Source: an uncultured Verrucomicrobiae bacterium (lineage in GTDB: Bacteria > Verrucomicrobiota > Verrucomicrobiia > Chthoniobacterales > UBA10450). Taken from it: a stretch of DNA of 64,000 bases. Below are positions 1 through 10,286 of this stretch, piece after piece. The stretch covers positions 288,001-352,000 of the forward strand of contig CAWIBO010000005.1 of NCBI GenBank assembly GCA_963834385.1, read 5' to 3'. A model generated the notes under the pieces. The model was given only the letters and a program-made list of their open reading frames with translations. It had not been told where the DNA came from and ran no database searches. Numbering within the stretch: the stretch's first letter is position 1; every line of letters starts with the position of its first letter. Position numbers and translations under genes: made by a program.

Positions 1-335
1 CTTGTGGATTTTCCCGTGGATGGTCTGGCCCTGCGGATATTCCGCCGCGGACTTCGAGCCACCTCGGCGTAACTCTTTCGCGGGTCGGGGTAGGCTTCTA
101 GGAACACCTGCTGCGAGTTGTGCACCGCCGCGTCGAAACAGGAGGGGAGCGGGTAATCCTTCGCCGAAAGGCCATGGATCGATCCGATCAGGAACAGCGG
201 CGCGGGCGTGTTGGTCGCGCGCCAGGCACAATGTTTCCCGGTGTGCGCGGGCGGCGCGGCCAGGAGTATCCCGGGTAGGAGGAAGAGGAAAAGCGGCAAA
301 AGCCGCCCGAATCGAGGCTCATGCGTTATCTGCAT
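1..335 (-). CDS. TraB/GumN-family protein, N-terminal part (runs off the window edge)
   Basis: Manual translation from ATG 335 gives MQITHEPRFGRLLPLFLFLLPGILLAAPPAHTGKHCAWRATNTPAPLFLIGSIHGLSAKDYPLP..., i.e. a signal peptide then W-x-x...(F/Y)LxGSIH...YPLP. Absent from the ORF track because no stop lies in the window. Probable frameshift near 55. Confidence 0.75.
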   Translation of the reverse strand, partial: MQITHEPRFGRLLPLFLFLLPGILLAAPPAHTGKHCAWRATNTPAPLFLIGSIHGLSAKDYPLPSCFDAAVHNSQQVFLEAYPDPRKSYAEVARSPRRNIRRARPSTGKST

Positions 336-387
336 GGTCCGGTCTTTTATGTGAAACCGGTAAGTGCGGTCAAGACAGAAGGCGACA

Positions 388-412
388 ATTCACGATCCAT
401 TCACCATTCACG
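388..412. repeat. Short heptamer array (ATTCACG/ATTCACC)
   Basis: attcacg-atcc-attcacc-attcacg; same unit as the arrays at 3851-3882 and 61460-61490 (reverse complement). Confidence 0.6.
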
Positions 413-437
413 CCTCCCGCCCCCCTCCACGCCCCCA

Positions 438-466
438 TTGCCCTCTGGGAGCTTTTATTGCATAAT
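438..466 (+). promoter_or_regulatory. Putative sigma70 promoter of the amidase gene
   Basis: TTGCCC-17 nt-CATAAT ending 9 nt before ATG 476 (near-leaderless). Confidence 0.45.
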
Positions 467-475
467 AGGAAGTTC

Positions 476-1888
476 ATGGCTCGATTCGCCCGACTTTCCC
501 TGCTTCTGCTCGCCGCAGCCGGGTTCCCCCTTGTCACCCTGGCCGCTCCCCCGGCCAAGCCCGTTTCCTGGGACGTCGTCAAGGTGGCGAACCGCGACTG
601 GCTCACGGTCGATAACATCGCCCGGTTTTACGGCCTCCCCGTCGGCGTCGCGCCGATCGACAAAGTCATTCTGCTCAATAACGGCCGGCAAAGCCTCCAG
701 GTCCGGCTCGAGAGCCGCGAGATCATCCTCAACGGCGTCCGCAACTGGCTCAGCTTCCCGGTCATCGAGCACGAAGGCCAGTATCTCGTTTCCCGCGTCG
801 ACCTCGCCAAGACGATCGAGCCGCAGATGCGGCCCCACATGATCCAGAACATGGGCAAGGTCACCACGGTGATTGTTGACCCCGGACATGGCGGCTTCGA
901 CAAGGGAGCCCGCTGCACCTACGGCCACGAGAAGAACTTCGCCCTCGATGTCGCCCGACAGCTCAAGCCGATGCTGGAAAAGAAGGGCTTCAAGGTCATC
1001 CTCACCCGCGACAAGGACGTTTTTGTCCCGCTGCACATCCGGGCCCGCATCGCCAACGCGGTGCCGAACTCGGTCTTCGTCTCCATCCATTTCAACGCCA
1101 CCGGGGCTGACCCAAACGCCAACGGCTTCGAGATTTTTTCGCTGACCCCGCGCGGCGCGCCTTCCACCGACGACTCCGGCGTGGAAGCCCGCTTCATGAA
1201 CGTGAGCAATGGCACAGGCGTGGACGCCTGCAGCCTTGGGCTGTCCACCAGCGTTTATCACGCGATGCTTGGCCATATGCCGGGCTACGATCGCGGGATC
1301 AAGCGGGCCCGGTTCGCCGTTCTCCGGCATACCAAGGTGCCGGCCATCCTCGTCGAGGGCGGTTTTGTTTCGCATCGCGAAGAGAGCAAAAAGATCAAGG
1401 ACCGCGAATGGCGCAGCAAACTTGCGCAGGCCATTTGCACCGGGCTGGAGAACTATCGCGACCTTGCCCATAACAAGCGCAAACCGATGCTCCTGGCCGA
1501 CTATCGCCGGGCGCAGACCGGCGAGAACATGCTCGCGCAGAACCTGATCATCCCACCGGCCGGCAGCAGCGCGTCCCCGGCCGAGTTCCTTACCGCCAGT
1601 CACATGGGCGACGGCGAGGAGGTCGATGAACCTGATGTGACCACAGCCGAAGAGGCGGAAAGCCTCGAGGATGTTCCGGCGGAAGTCCGGGAAGCGGCCA
1701 CGGAAAACACCGAGCCCGGTCCGCAATCGTCACCGAGCGTGCCTCCGGCGGACCAGCCGCCCACGCCGACCCCGCCCGCGATCGCTTCACCGACTCCGCG
1801 TCCGATTCCCGCAACGGTGACGCAACCGCAGCCCACGCCGACCCCGCGGATCCTGCACTTCTCCCCGCCGCCGAAGTTCCTGCAGTAA
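476..1888 (+). CDS. N-acetylmuramoyl-L-alanine amidase (Amidase_3) with acidic/Pro-rich C-terminal tail
   Basis: Signal peptide, DPGHGG, EK..L, FVSIHFNA and ILVEGGF motifs. Confidence 0.92.
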   Translation: MARFARLSLLLLAAAGFPLVTLAAPPAKPVSWDVVKVANRDWLTVDNIARFYGLPVGVAPIDKVILLNNGRQSLQVRLESREIILNGVRNWLSFPVIEHEGQYLVSRVDLAKTIEPQMRPHMIQNMGKVTTVIVDPGHGGFDKGARCTYGHEKNFALDVARQLKPMLEKKGFKVILTRDKDVFVPLHIRARIANAVPNSVFVSIHFNATGADPNANGFEIFSLTPRGAPSTDDSGVEARFMNVSNGTGVDACSLGLSTSVYHAMLGHMPGYDRGIKRARFAVLRHTKVPAILVEGGFVSHREESKKIKDREWRSKLAQAICTGLENYRDLAHNKRKPMLLADYRRAQTGENMLAQNLIIPPAGSSASPAEFLTASHMGDGEEVDEPDVTTAEEAESLEDVPAEVREAATENTEPGPQSSPSVPPADQPPTPTPPAIASPTPRPIPATVTQPQPTPTPRILHFSPPPKFLQ

Positions 1889-2016
1889 CCGCAGAGACGC
1901 AGAGGGCGCAGAGTCCGGTAGGGCGAGACTCCGTCGAGCCTGGGAGAAGGCGTGGCTTCTGGCAGACGACAGGATTAATGTCACCATGCACTCTCCTCTC
2001 TGCGTCTCCGCGGTTA
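1886..2016. repeat. Composite inverted-repeat element with a nested GTAG-type REP
   Basis: TAACCGCAGAGACGCAGAG (1886-1904) and its inverted copy (1998-2016) match at 18/19; GTAGGGCGAGACTCCGTCGAGCC at 1918-1940. Confidence 0.75.
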
Positions 2017-2167
2017 AATCGAAGAGCACAGGTTGCCCGCGGGGCGCATCGACGCGATAGTGTTCGAGAATCACGCCGGAAATGATGGTCCCCGTTCGGG
2101 TGAACGTCGCCCGTAGCTTTTGCCTCGCGCAGCTTCCGGTTCACAACCTCAACCAAGGAATAACTTC

Positions 2168-2641
2168 ATGATGACCAAATACCTGACCGGCGCGCTCGCG
2201 GCGCTGTTTTTTACCGGAACGCTCGCGCTGGCCGCGGACAATACCGAGGCCATGGCCCGCGAGAAAGCGGCCTGGCAGGCTTACAAGGACAAGAAAGCGG
2301 ACGATTTTCGCCAGCTGGCTGCGCCGACTTACCGAAGCGTTTACGTTTACGGCATCCACGATCTCGACCAGGAGGTGGCCTGGATGCAGAAAACGACCAT
2401 GAACTCGTTTGAGCTGGGCGATTTCAACGCTCTCACCACCGACCCCGACACGATGGTCGTCACTTATACGGCGATTCTGGCAAATGCGACGAGGACGGGC
2501 GGCTCCGCACACCATCCACGCCCCGGGGACGCCGCTCCCCGGAGAAACGCCGGGGTGCCGGCACGGCGGCCTACCACCGCAGGCACAAAGTTCTCGCTTC
2601 GCGGAATTTGTATTTGGGGCCGCGCGCGGTTTCGCCGTTGA
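2168..2641 (+). pseudogene. Secreted DUF4440/NTF2-like protein with disrupted C-terminus
   Basis: Clear paralog of 3147-3587 (AMAREKAAWQAYKDK, SFELGDFN) up to VVTYT, after which similarity is lost. Confidence 0.65.
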
Positions 2642-2701
2642 CCCGGCTCGGGCGTGCTCCCTAGGCTGACGGCTCACTTCAACACCTTGAAAGGCCCGAG
2701 C

Positions 2702-3127
2702 ATGATCAAATTGACCGTATTAACCCTGGCGTCCCTTTTTGCCGCCGGTTCTCTGCTGGCTTCGCCGGAGGGCGACGCCATCATCGCCAAGGAAAAAGCC
2801 ACCTGGGAAGCGTGGAAAAACAAGGACGAAGCGGCTCTCCGCAAGCTCACCTCGAAAGATTTTCGCGAGGTCACGCCATCCCGCATCGGCGGGCTCGACG
2901 ACAGCGTCGCGAGCATGAAGAAGACGGAGATCAAGAGCTTCGAGATGAACGACGCCAAGGTCGTTTTCCCCGATCCCGACACCGGGGTGCTGACCTACAA
3001 GGTTGCGATGAAAGGGACGCAGGATGGGAAAGACATTTCCGGCACCTACTATTCCGGCGCGATCTGGCGCAAGATCGGCGGGGAATGGTTGCTCGTTTTC
3101 TACGGCGAAGCCGTTCCCGAGAAGTAA
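2702..3127 (+). CDS. Secreted DUF4440/NTF2-like protein
   Basis: Signal peptide; EKATWEAWKNKD...LTYKV...IWRKIGGEW pattern. Confidence 0.85.
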   Translation: MIKLTVLTLASLFAAGSLLASPEGDAIIAKEKATWEAWKNKDEAALRKLTSKDFREVTPSRIGGLDDSVASMKKTEIKSFEMNDAKVVFPDPDTGVLTYKVAMKGTQDGKDISGTYYSGAIWRKIGGEWLLVFYGEAVPEK

Positions 3128-3146
3128 TAACAAGAGGAAACCAACG

Positions 3147-3587
3147 ATGAAAAAATACCTTAGCTGCGCCCTCGCGGCGCTGTTTGTCAGCAGTGCGGTC
3201 GCCTGGGCGGCCGATAACGACGAAGCCATGGCTCGCGAAAAAGCGGCCTGGCAGGCTTACAAGGACAAGAACGCCGGGGAGTTCGGCAAAATGATGTCGG
3301 ACAAATATCACGGCGTCTATCCCGAGGGCATCTACGACAAGGCGAAGGAACTGTCGGAGATGCAGAAAATGACGCTGAAATCGTTTGAGCTGGGCGATTT
3401 CAACACCGTTACGACCGACGCCGACACCCTGCTCGTGACTTACACGGTGAAAATGGAGGCGACCATGGAGGGGAAGGAAATTTCCCAGAAGATGAACGCC
3501 TCCTCCGTCTGGCAGAAGGCGGGCGACGACTGGAAAGTCGTGCTCCACACCAACGTGCCGCAGGCGACTGGGAAGAAGAAGGAGTGA
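3147..3587 (+). CDS. Secreted DUF4440/NTF2-like protein
   Basis: RBS GAGG, signal peptide, SSVWQKAGDDWKVVLHT C-terminus. Confidence 0.85.
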   Translation: MKKYLSCALAALFVSSAVAWAADNDEAMAREKAAWQAYKDKNAGEFGKMMSDKYHGVYPEGIYDKAKELSEMQKMTLKSFELGDFNTVTTDADTLLVTYTVKMEATMEGKEISQKMNASSVWQKAGDDWKVVLHTNVPQATGKKKE

Positions 3588-3882
3588 AGGTAGAAGTTAG
3601 AAGCTGGGAGCTGGGAGCTGCCACTGTAGCGTCCGCTGTCCCCAGCGGATCCCGGCTTTCTCCTGCTCCTGCTCTTAATCTTGATCCTGATCCTCGGAGG
3701 GACGCGCTTCCGCGCGTCCATACGCTGAAAAGAAAAGTTTCAATTAGGAAACAAGGAAAGCAGGAAGATGGAGAATCGAGGATGGGGAACTTGATTCACC
3801 GTCCCGGAGCACGAGCATGAGCACGAGCGTGGTGGCACTGCCCGCCTCCCCACGATTCACCACTCACAATTAACCATTCACG
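3586..3882. repeat. Mosaic of short tandem repeats and REP-like palindromes
   Basis: 7-mers 3586-3620, GTAG hairpin 3626-3650, 6-mers 3660-3694, GGAGGGAC palindrome 3696-3719, 8-mers 3746-3767, 7-mers 3764-3784, 6-mers 3807-3827, 7-mers 3851-3882. Confidence 0.75.
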
Positions 3883-3901
3883 CTCCTCAACGCCTCCAGC
3901 G

Positions 3902-3929
3902 TTGACTCCTCCCTCCCAGCCCCTATGCT
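3902..3929 (+). promoter_or_regulatory. Putative sigma70 promoter of the thiC leader
   Basis: TTGACT-16 nt-TATGCT immediately upstream of the riboswitch. Confidence 0.6.
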
Positions 3930-3934
3930 TTTCC

Positions 3935-4032
3935 CAGAGCGGGGGAGCCAAAAGGCTGAGAGTTCGGTGCGGCAACGGTGCCAGGCCGGAGACCCCTTAA
4001 ACCTGATGCGGGTAATGCCGTCGTAGGGAGCA
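3935..4032 (+). ncRNA. TPP riboswitch (THI element)
   Basis: GGGGAGCC...GGCTGAGA...ACCCCTTAAACCTGATGCGGGTAATGCCGTCGTAGGGA consensus upstream of thiC. Confidence 0.95.
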
Positions 4033-4061
4033 AGGGTCCGTCATCGGGACGGGCGATTCTC

Positions 4062-4096
4062 AGCCATGCGTTTCCCGCGCATGGCTTTTTTGTTTT
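4062..4096 (+). terminator. Intrinsic terminator (riboswitch expression platform)
   Basis: AGCCATGCG-7 nt loop-CGCATGGCT followed by TTTTTGTTTT. Confidence 0.85.
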
Positions 4097-4113
4097 GCAG
4101 AGAAGAAAAATGA

Positions 4114-6264
<2,151 letters not shown>

Positions 6265-6560
6265 TGAGCGAAGGAACCACCGAGCCATCCCCTTGGCGGA
6301 TCGCGAAGCCCAGCAGGATGATCGCGAGCATGTCTTTGGCGACGAGGGTGGAACGCAAGGAAGTCGATCGTGCCGGTTTGCCAGAAGACCCATTCGCCGG
6401 CCACGAGCGTGGCGAGTAGGGGATGGCCGCTTTCCTAAAGCAGGACGCCGTCACCGGTGGAGGGATTGAGACGGGCGGTGGAGTCCATGGCGGGGGTGTC
6501 TTTGTCGTGCCGCCCGATGATGAAGTCGCCCGCGCCATTCGGGGCATAGAGCATCGTGCC
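6265..6560 (-). pseudogene. Remnant of a serine hydrolase (beta-lactamase-family) C-terminus
   Basis: MLYAPNGAGDFIIG...ARLNPSTGDGVLL*ESGHPLLATLVAGEWVFWQTGTIDFL, with in-frame TAG at 6435-6437, a later frameshift into a hydrophobic tail, and no N-terminal half. Confidence 0.5.
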
Positions 6561-6653
6561 GGCCACGCCTGCCGGGTGACAGTGGCGGGTTCTCGAATGC
6601 TTGCGTGGCAATGTGATTGGGGAGAGGTTAACCGAGTCACAGGAGGACCAACT

Positions 6654-6830
6654 ATGAAGACCAAACGTCAGCCGGCAGCAAGACGAGAAGGCAAATCCGC
6701 GGTTCCACACGACGAGCTACGGGACCTGGAGACGCAGCGCGCAAAAGATGTGCGCGGTGGTGATTCGAAGTCGAACACGCAAAAGAAGTGGTCTGATACT
6801 TCGTCTCAAATCACGGCTAACATCAAATAG
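6654..6830 (+). CDS. 58-aa small protein with double-glycine-like leader (ELRDLETQRAKDVRGG)
   Basis: AGGAGG RBS 7 nt before ATG 6654; GG motif followed by a 23-aa Ser/Thr-rich tail. Confidence 0.65.
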   Translation: MKTKRQPAARREGKSAVPHDELRDLETQRAKDVRGGDSKSNTQKKWSDTSSQITANIK

Positions 6831-7155
6831 CACGCAGGGTTCGCGTCGGTTTGGCTCGAATCGCCGCTAAGGGCGGCCCGCGGAGTTCAGCCGCGCATCG
6901 ACTCGAATTTGTAAATTGGCGGAAAGCGGTCAGCGATGAGGATCGACCGTCATCGCGATCCGCTCGCCGCGAAGCGACGGAGTGCTGGGAACAATAAGCA
7001 TCGGAAACCGAAGGCCCCCGGGGATACCGTCCTTTGGGACTTCGCTACGCTTCCGGCCTACCCACCCCGCGGTGCAGACTGACGGCACGTTCGCCCTCAC
7101 GATCTTTCCCAACGCACAGTCCACCTGGTTGGGTGGCCGCAAGATGGCGCATTCC

Positions 7156-7638
7156 CTAACGCGGCTGAGGAGTCGGGGATGGCCTCTTTCCGATCGATGC
7201 GGCGGGCGCTTCGGTGCCCTGTTTGACAGGAGGAGTCGTCGGCGACGTCTTGATTGACGGCTGACCAGCGCCCACGTCGCTGGTCGATCCTGGTCTGATC
7301 TTCGGCGGCGTCGGTTTTGGCGGGGCGATTTCCGGCCGGGGACCGGCCTGGCCCGGTTCGATTTGTTCCGCCGCCTGTCGCACAGAGAAGACGCACGTGA
7401 GATAAGTCTCTTTGCACTTCTGTTTGCAGGCGGCCAACTCCAACCGGCCCGGTGGTTTCAACAGACCGCCGACTCCCCCGGTGCAGCCCGCCTCGCAATC
7501 AGCCCGCTTCCTCTTGCAGGTGTCGATGGCTTTGAGCTGCGCTTCCGTCAGTTTCTGTTCCCCGAAAAGGATGGAAACGGGGATCAGAGCAACGCCAAGA
7601 AGAATGAGAACACCGCTGAAGCAGATTCGTCGTGTCAT
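7156..7638 (-). CDS. Secreted Cys-rich protein with Pro-rich tail
   Basis: AGGAGG RBS, signal peptide, Cx6Cx3C...Cx3Cx6C pattern. Confidence 0.7.
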   Translation of the reverse strand: MTRRICFSGVLILLGVALIPVSILFGEQKLTEAQLKAIDTCKRKRADCEAGCTGGVGGLLKPPGRLELAACKQKCKETYLTCVFSVRQAAEQIEPGQAGPRPEIAPPKPTPPKIRPGSTSDVGAGQPSIKTSPTTPPVKQGTEAPAASIGKRPSPTPQPR

Positions 7639-7795
7639 ATAGGAGCGCCTCCTCGGGCGATGCTGCATTTTTCGCTTATCCCTGTCAATCGCAACGGCGG
7701 CCGGCCTTGCGACGGAGACAAGAGTGAGTGGTCGCACACCCTCGCTGTCGATTCGAGGAGACCGATAATGATCTGTCAAAATCCTGACTGCGGTA

Positions 7796-9109
7796 TCAGC
7801 GGCCCTCGGCGCGGTCCGCCGCGGGCGCACCGGTGTGATCCTCGTATAACGTCAGCCAGCGCAAACGCCCGTCCGCCGTTCCGGCAAGATAAAGATCCAG
7901 CCCTGGCACGTAGCGGATGCCCGAGCCGATGAGGTAGGCGGGATACTCGATGCTGTCGCGGCGGACGGATCGGTCTTCGCCTTTCGCGAGCACCTCTACG
8001 TTCTCGCCCGACGCCAATTTGAATTGCCCGACCGGTACCGGCCGATCGTCCAACTCGCGGCCGAGCTCGCTGGCCGCGCGGTCGGGCTCGTCCCGGGCGA
8101 ACGCCACCAGGGCGCGTTGCAGGCGCTGCTGCAGACCGGGTGCCAGCGTGTTGTTGCTCAGCATCGCCACGCTGATCCGGCGGTCCGCATCCCAGTAGAG
8201 CATATGGTGAAATCCTTCGTGGTGTCCGAGGTAATGGCACTGCCGTCCGCCGGGCGCGCAATACCAGTTACCGAGCGTGAGCCCTGACTCGTTCGAGCGA
8301 ATTCGCGCGCGTGTTGTCGCAGCGCGCCGGATCGGCGCCAGGCGCGGCTGCCACCACTCGCTCCCCCACGCGGCCAGTTGGGCCGCCGAGATGCTGAAAT
8401 TGGCCGGGCCATAAAACTGCTCGCCCTCCCAGCTATCGAAGCGCTGGAACTGACCCTCCTTTGTCCGCCGGTAGCCGATGGCCCGCCCGGTCCAGTCGGC
8501 CAGGCGCGCCGGCCGCAGAGTTACGCCCGAGGGCAGGGCGAGGTGTTGTTGCACGAACTCGAGATATTTGGTCCCGGCGACGCGCTCGATCAGCATGGCC
8601 AGCGCGACCGAGCACAGGTTGCAGTAGTTGAATGTGCTGCCGGGAGGAAACTGGGGGTCGCCCGCCTCGGCCAGGAGCTGGGCGTTGCTTTTCTCCCGCA
8701 CTTCATCCGCGAACCGCACACCGGCTGAGTGCGACAACAAATGATGCACGGACGTGGCGGGATGCGGATACTCCGGGAGATAACGCTGCACCGGCGCGTC
8801 GAGCTCCAGCTTTCCCTCGTGCACGAGCAGGAGGACCGCGGCCGCCGTTACCGGCTTGGCGAGCGAGGCGCTGTCTGCCGGCGTCTCGGGAGTAAACGGA
8901 CGCCGCTCGAAAGGATCGGCCCACCCGTAGCCCCGCGCGAAACGCACCCCATCGGCTCCACGCACGACGACCGCCCCGCTGAATTTCTCCTCGCGGGCCA
9001 GCTTCTCGAGGGCGCGATGAAGCCGGACAGGTTCTTTCGCAACCGCGGAGCGGCTCAGGCTGGTTGCAAGAAGAAGCAGCAACCACAGCGATAACGTTTC
9101 CGCCCGCAT
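7796..9109 (-). CDS. Serine hydrolase (beta-lactamase family)
   Basis: Signal peptide; SLAK (SxxK), LLSHSAG and YCN motifs. Confidence 0.88.
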   Translation of the reverse strand: MRAETLSLWLLLLLATSLSRSAVAKEPVRLHRALEKLAREEKFSGAVVVRGADGVRFARGYGWADPFERRPFTPETPADSASLAKPVTAAAVLLLVHEGKLELDAPVQRYLPEYPHPATSVHHLLSHSAGVRFADEVREKSNAQLLAEAGDPQFPPGSTFNYCNLCSVALAMLIERVAGTKYLEFVQQHLALPSGVTLRPARLADWTGRAIGYRRTKEGQFQRFDSWEGEQFYGPANFSISAAQLAAWGSEWWQPRLAPIRRAATTRARIRSNESGLTLGNWYCAPGGRQCHYLGHHEGFHHMLYWDADRRISVAMLSNNTLAPGLQQRLQRALVAFARDEPDRAASELGRELDDRPVPVGQFKLASGENVEVLAKGEDRSVRRDSIEYPAYLIGSGIRYVPGLDLYLAGTADGRLRWLTLYEDHTGAPAADRAEGR

Positions 9110-9300
9110 CGATCATCAAAAAAAGGTCGGTCTCTCTCTTCGTCAACTCCAAACGCGTCGGCGCAAAGACGATATCCGATCAACCCTGCGCCGAACAAGT
9201 GCGGACCTTTGTTCTGCGAGATTTGTCTCAAGGATTGCCGCCAACGTTCAAACTGCGCGCCACTGACGATGAGGACAATGGCGACGGGGCGAGCTCTTGT

Positions 9301-9735
9301 TTAAGGAGTCGGCGGGCGCTTGTTGGCGGTAAACGGAAACTTCTCACCGTGGTGATAGATGAGGGTTCCCTGGAGCGACTGACCGTTGGCGTGCAGGGTG
9401 CCGTCGAAGGTGACCGGGCCTTCCGGAGTATCCACCGTCATCGCGATCCGCTCGCCACTAAGGGTGAGCATACGGACAGGCAGTGCATTCCTGCCCTGCA
9501 CCGTTGCCGTGCCGGTCCATTCTTCGCCGCGGGAAAACAGCCAGAGTTCTCCCCGGGAAATGCGATCGGGCCCCGTCTCCATGCGGAAGTCCCAACGCCC
9601 GGTGAGGTCGCGGATGGGCGCGGTCGAGGGCGAAGCTTGCGCCGGAGCGGGAGAGGTCTGCGGGATCGCATCCGCGAAGGGAAGAATAATCAGGAGAGCG
9701 AGCAGAACGCGAAACAGAGATGAGCAGTGGCACAT
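9301..9735 (-). CDS. Hypothetical secreted beta-strand protein
   Basis: Signal peptide; DLTGRWDF motif. Confidence 0.6.
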   Translation of the reverse strand: MCHCSSLFRVLLALLIILPFADAIPQTSPAPAQASPSTAPIRDLTGRWDFRMETGPDRISRGELWLFSRGEEWTGTATVQGRNALPVRMLTLSGERIAMTVDTPEGPVTFDGTLHANGQSLQGTLIYHHGEKFPFTANKRPPTP

Positions 9736-9848
9736 GGAATTCCCTCCAGCGCGTCAAGACCTGGCGCACAAGTGTGTCGAGAAGGCGGGCAACGCGTCAC
9801 GTTTGCTTGTGCTGTCGGACCCCAGGGGGATAGGATCGTGGCACGGAA

Positions 9849-10247
9849 ATGAGCAAGGCCATTGTCTCGGTCGTTCGGAGCATTCTCGCGGTCGTGCTCG
9901 GCTTCGTTGTCATCTCGGCGGGGACGTTGCTTACGTTCAACGGCATTGTCGGCCAGGTGAGCGTTTCTTCGCCCGTCTCGCAGTTGCTTGCGGGCACGGT
10001 GGGCGCCGTTCTTTCGGGACTCGCGGGCGGTATCGTCGCAGGCCTGATCGCGCCGCGCGCTCCGGTGCTTCATGCTCTCGGCATCTGGATCCCCATCGCG
10101 TTCGATACGGCATCCATTATCGCCAGAGGCAACGGTCCGGTCTGGTTCGATCTGGCGGGGAGCGGAATGCTCGCGATGACCGCGCTGATCGGGGGTGCGC
10201 TGGTAGCGTGGCAGTCGAAGCGGCGAGCGGCCGCGCGTCTCACCTGA
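9849..10247 (+). CDS. Hypothetical membrane protein (about 4 TM)
   Basis: Four hydrophobic segments. Confidence 0.7.
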   Translation: MSKAIVSVVRSILAVVLGFVVISAGTLLTFNGIVGQVSVSSPVSQLLAGTVGAVLSGLAGGIVAGLIAPRAPVLHALGIWIPIAFDTASIIARGNGPVWFDLAGSGMLAMTALIGGALVAWQSKRRAAARLT

Positions 10248-10286
10248 TCCTGGATGTACCTCGATCGGCACATCAGCGAGAATGGC

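Noticed and set aside
2..475. 158-aa N-terminal extension of the amidase ORF
   Set aside because: It overlaps the divergent TraB/GumN gene; the signal peptide and promoter point to ATG 476.
3586..3882. Possible CRISPR array
   Set aside because: Units are 6-8 nt degenerate tandem repeats without unique spacers, and there are no cas genes.
6606..6621. Sigma54 promoter for the small peptide (TGGCAA-N5-TTGG)
   Set aside because: It lacks the conserved -12 GC, so it is too weak to call.
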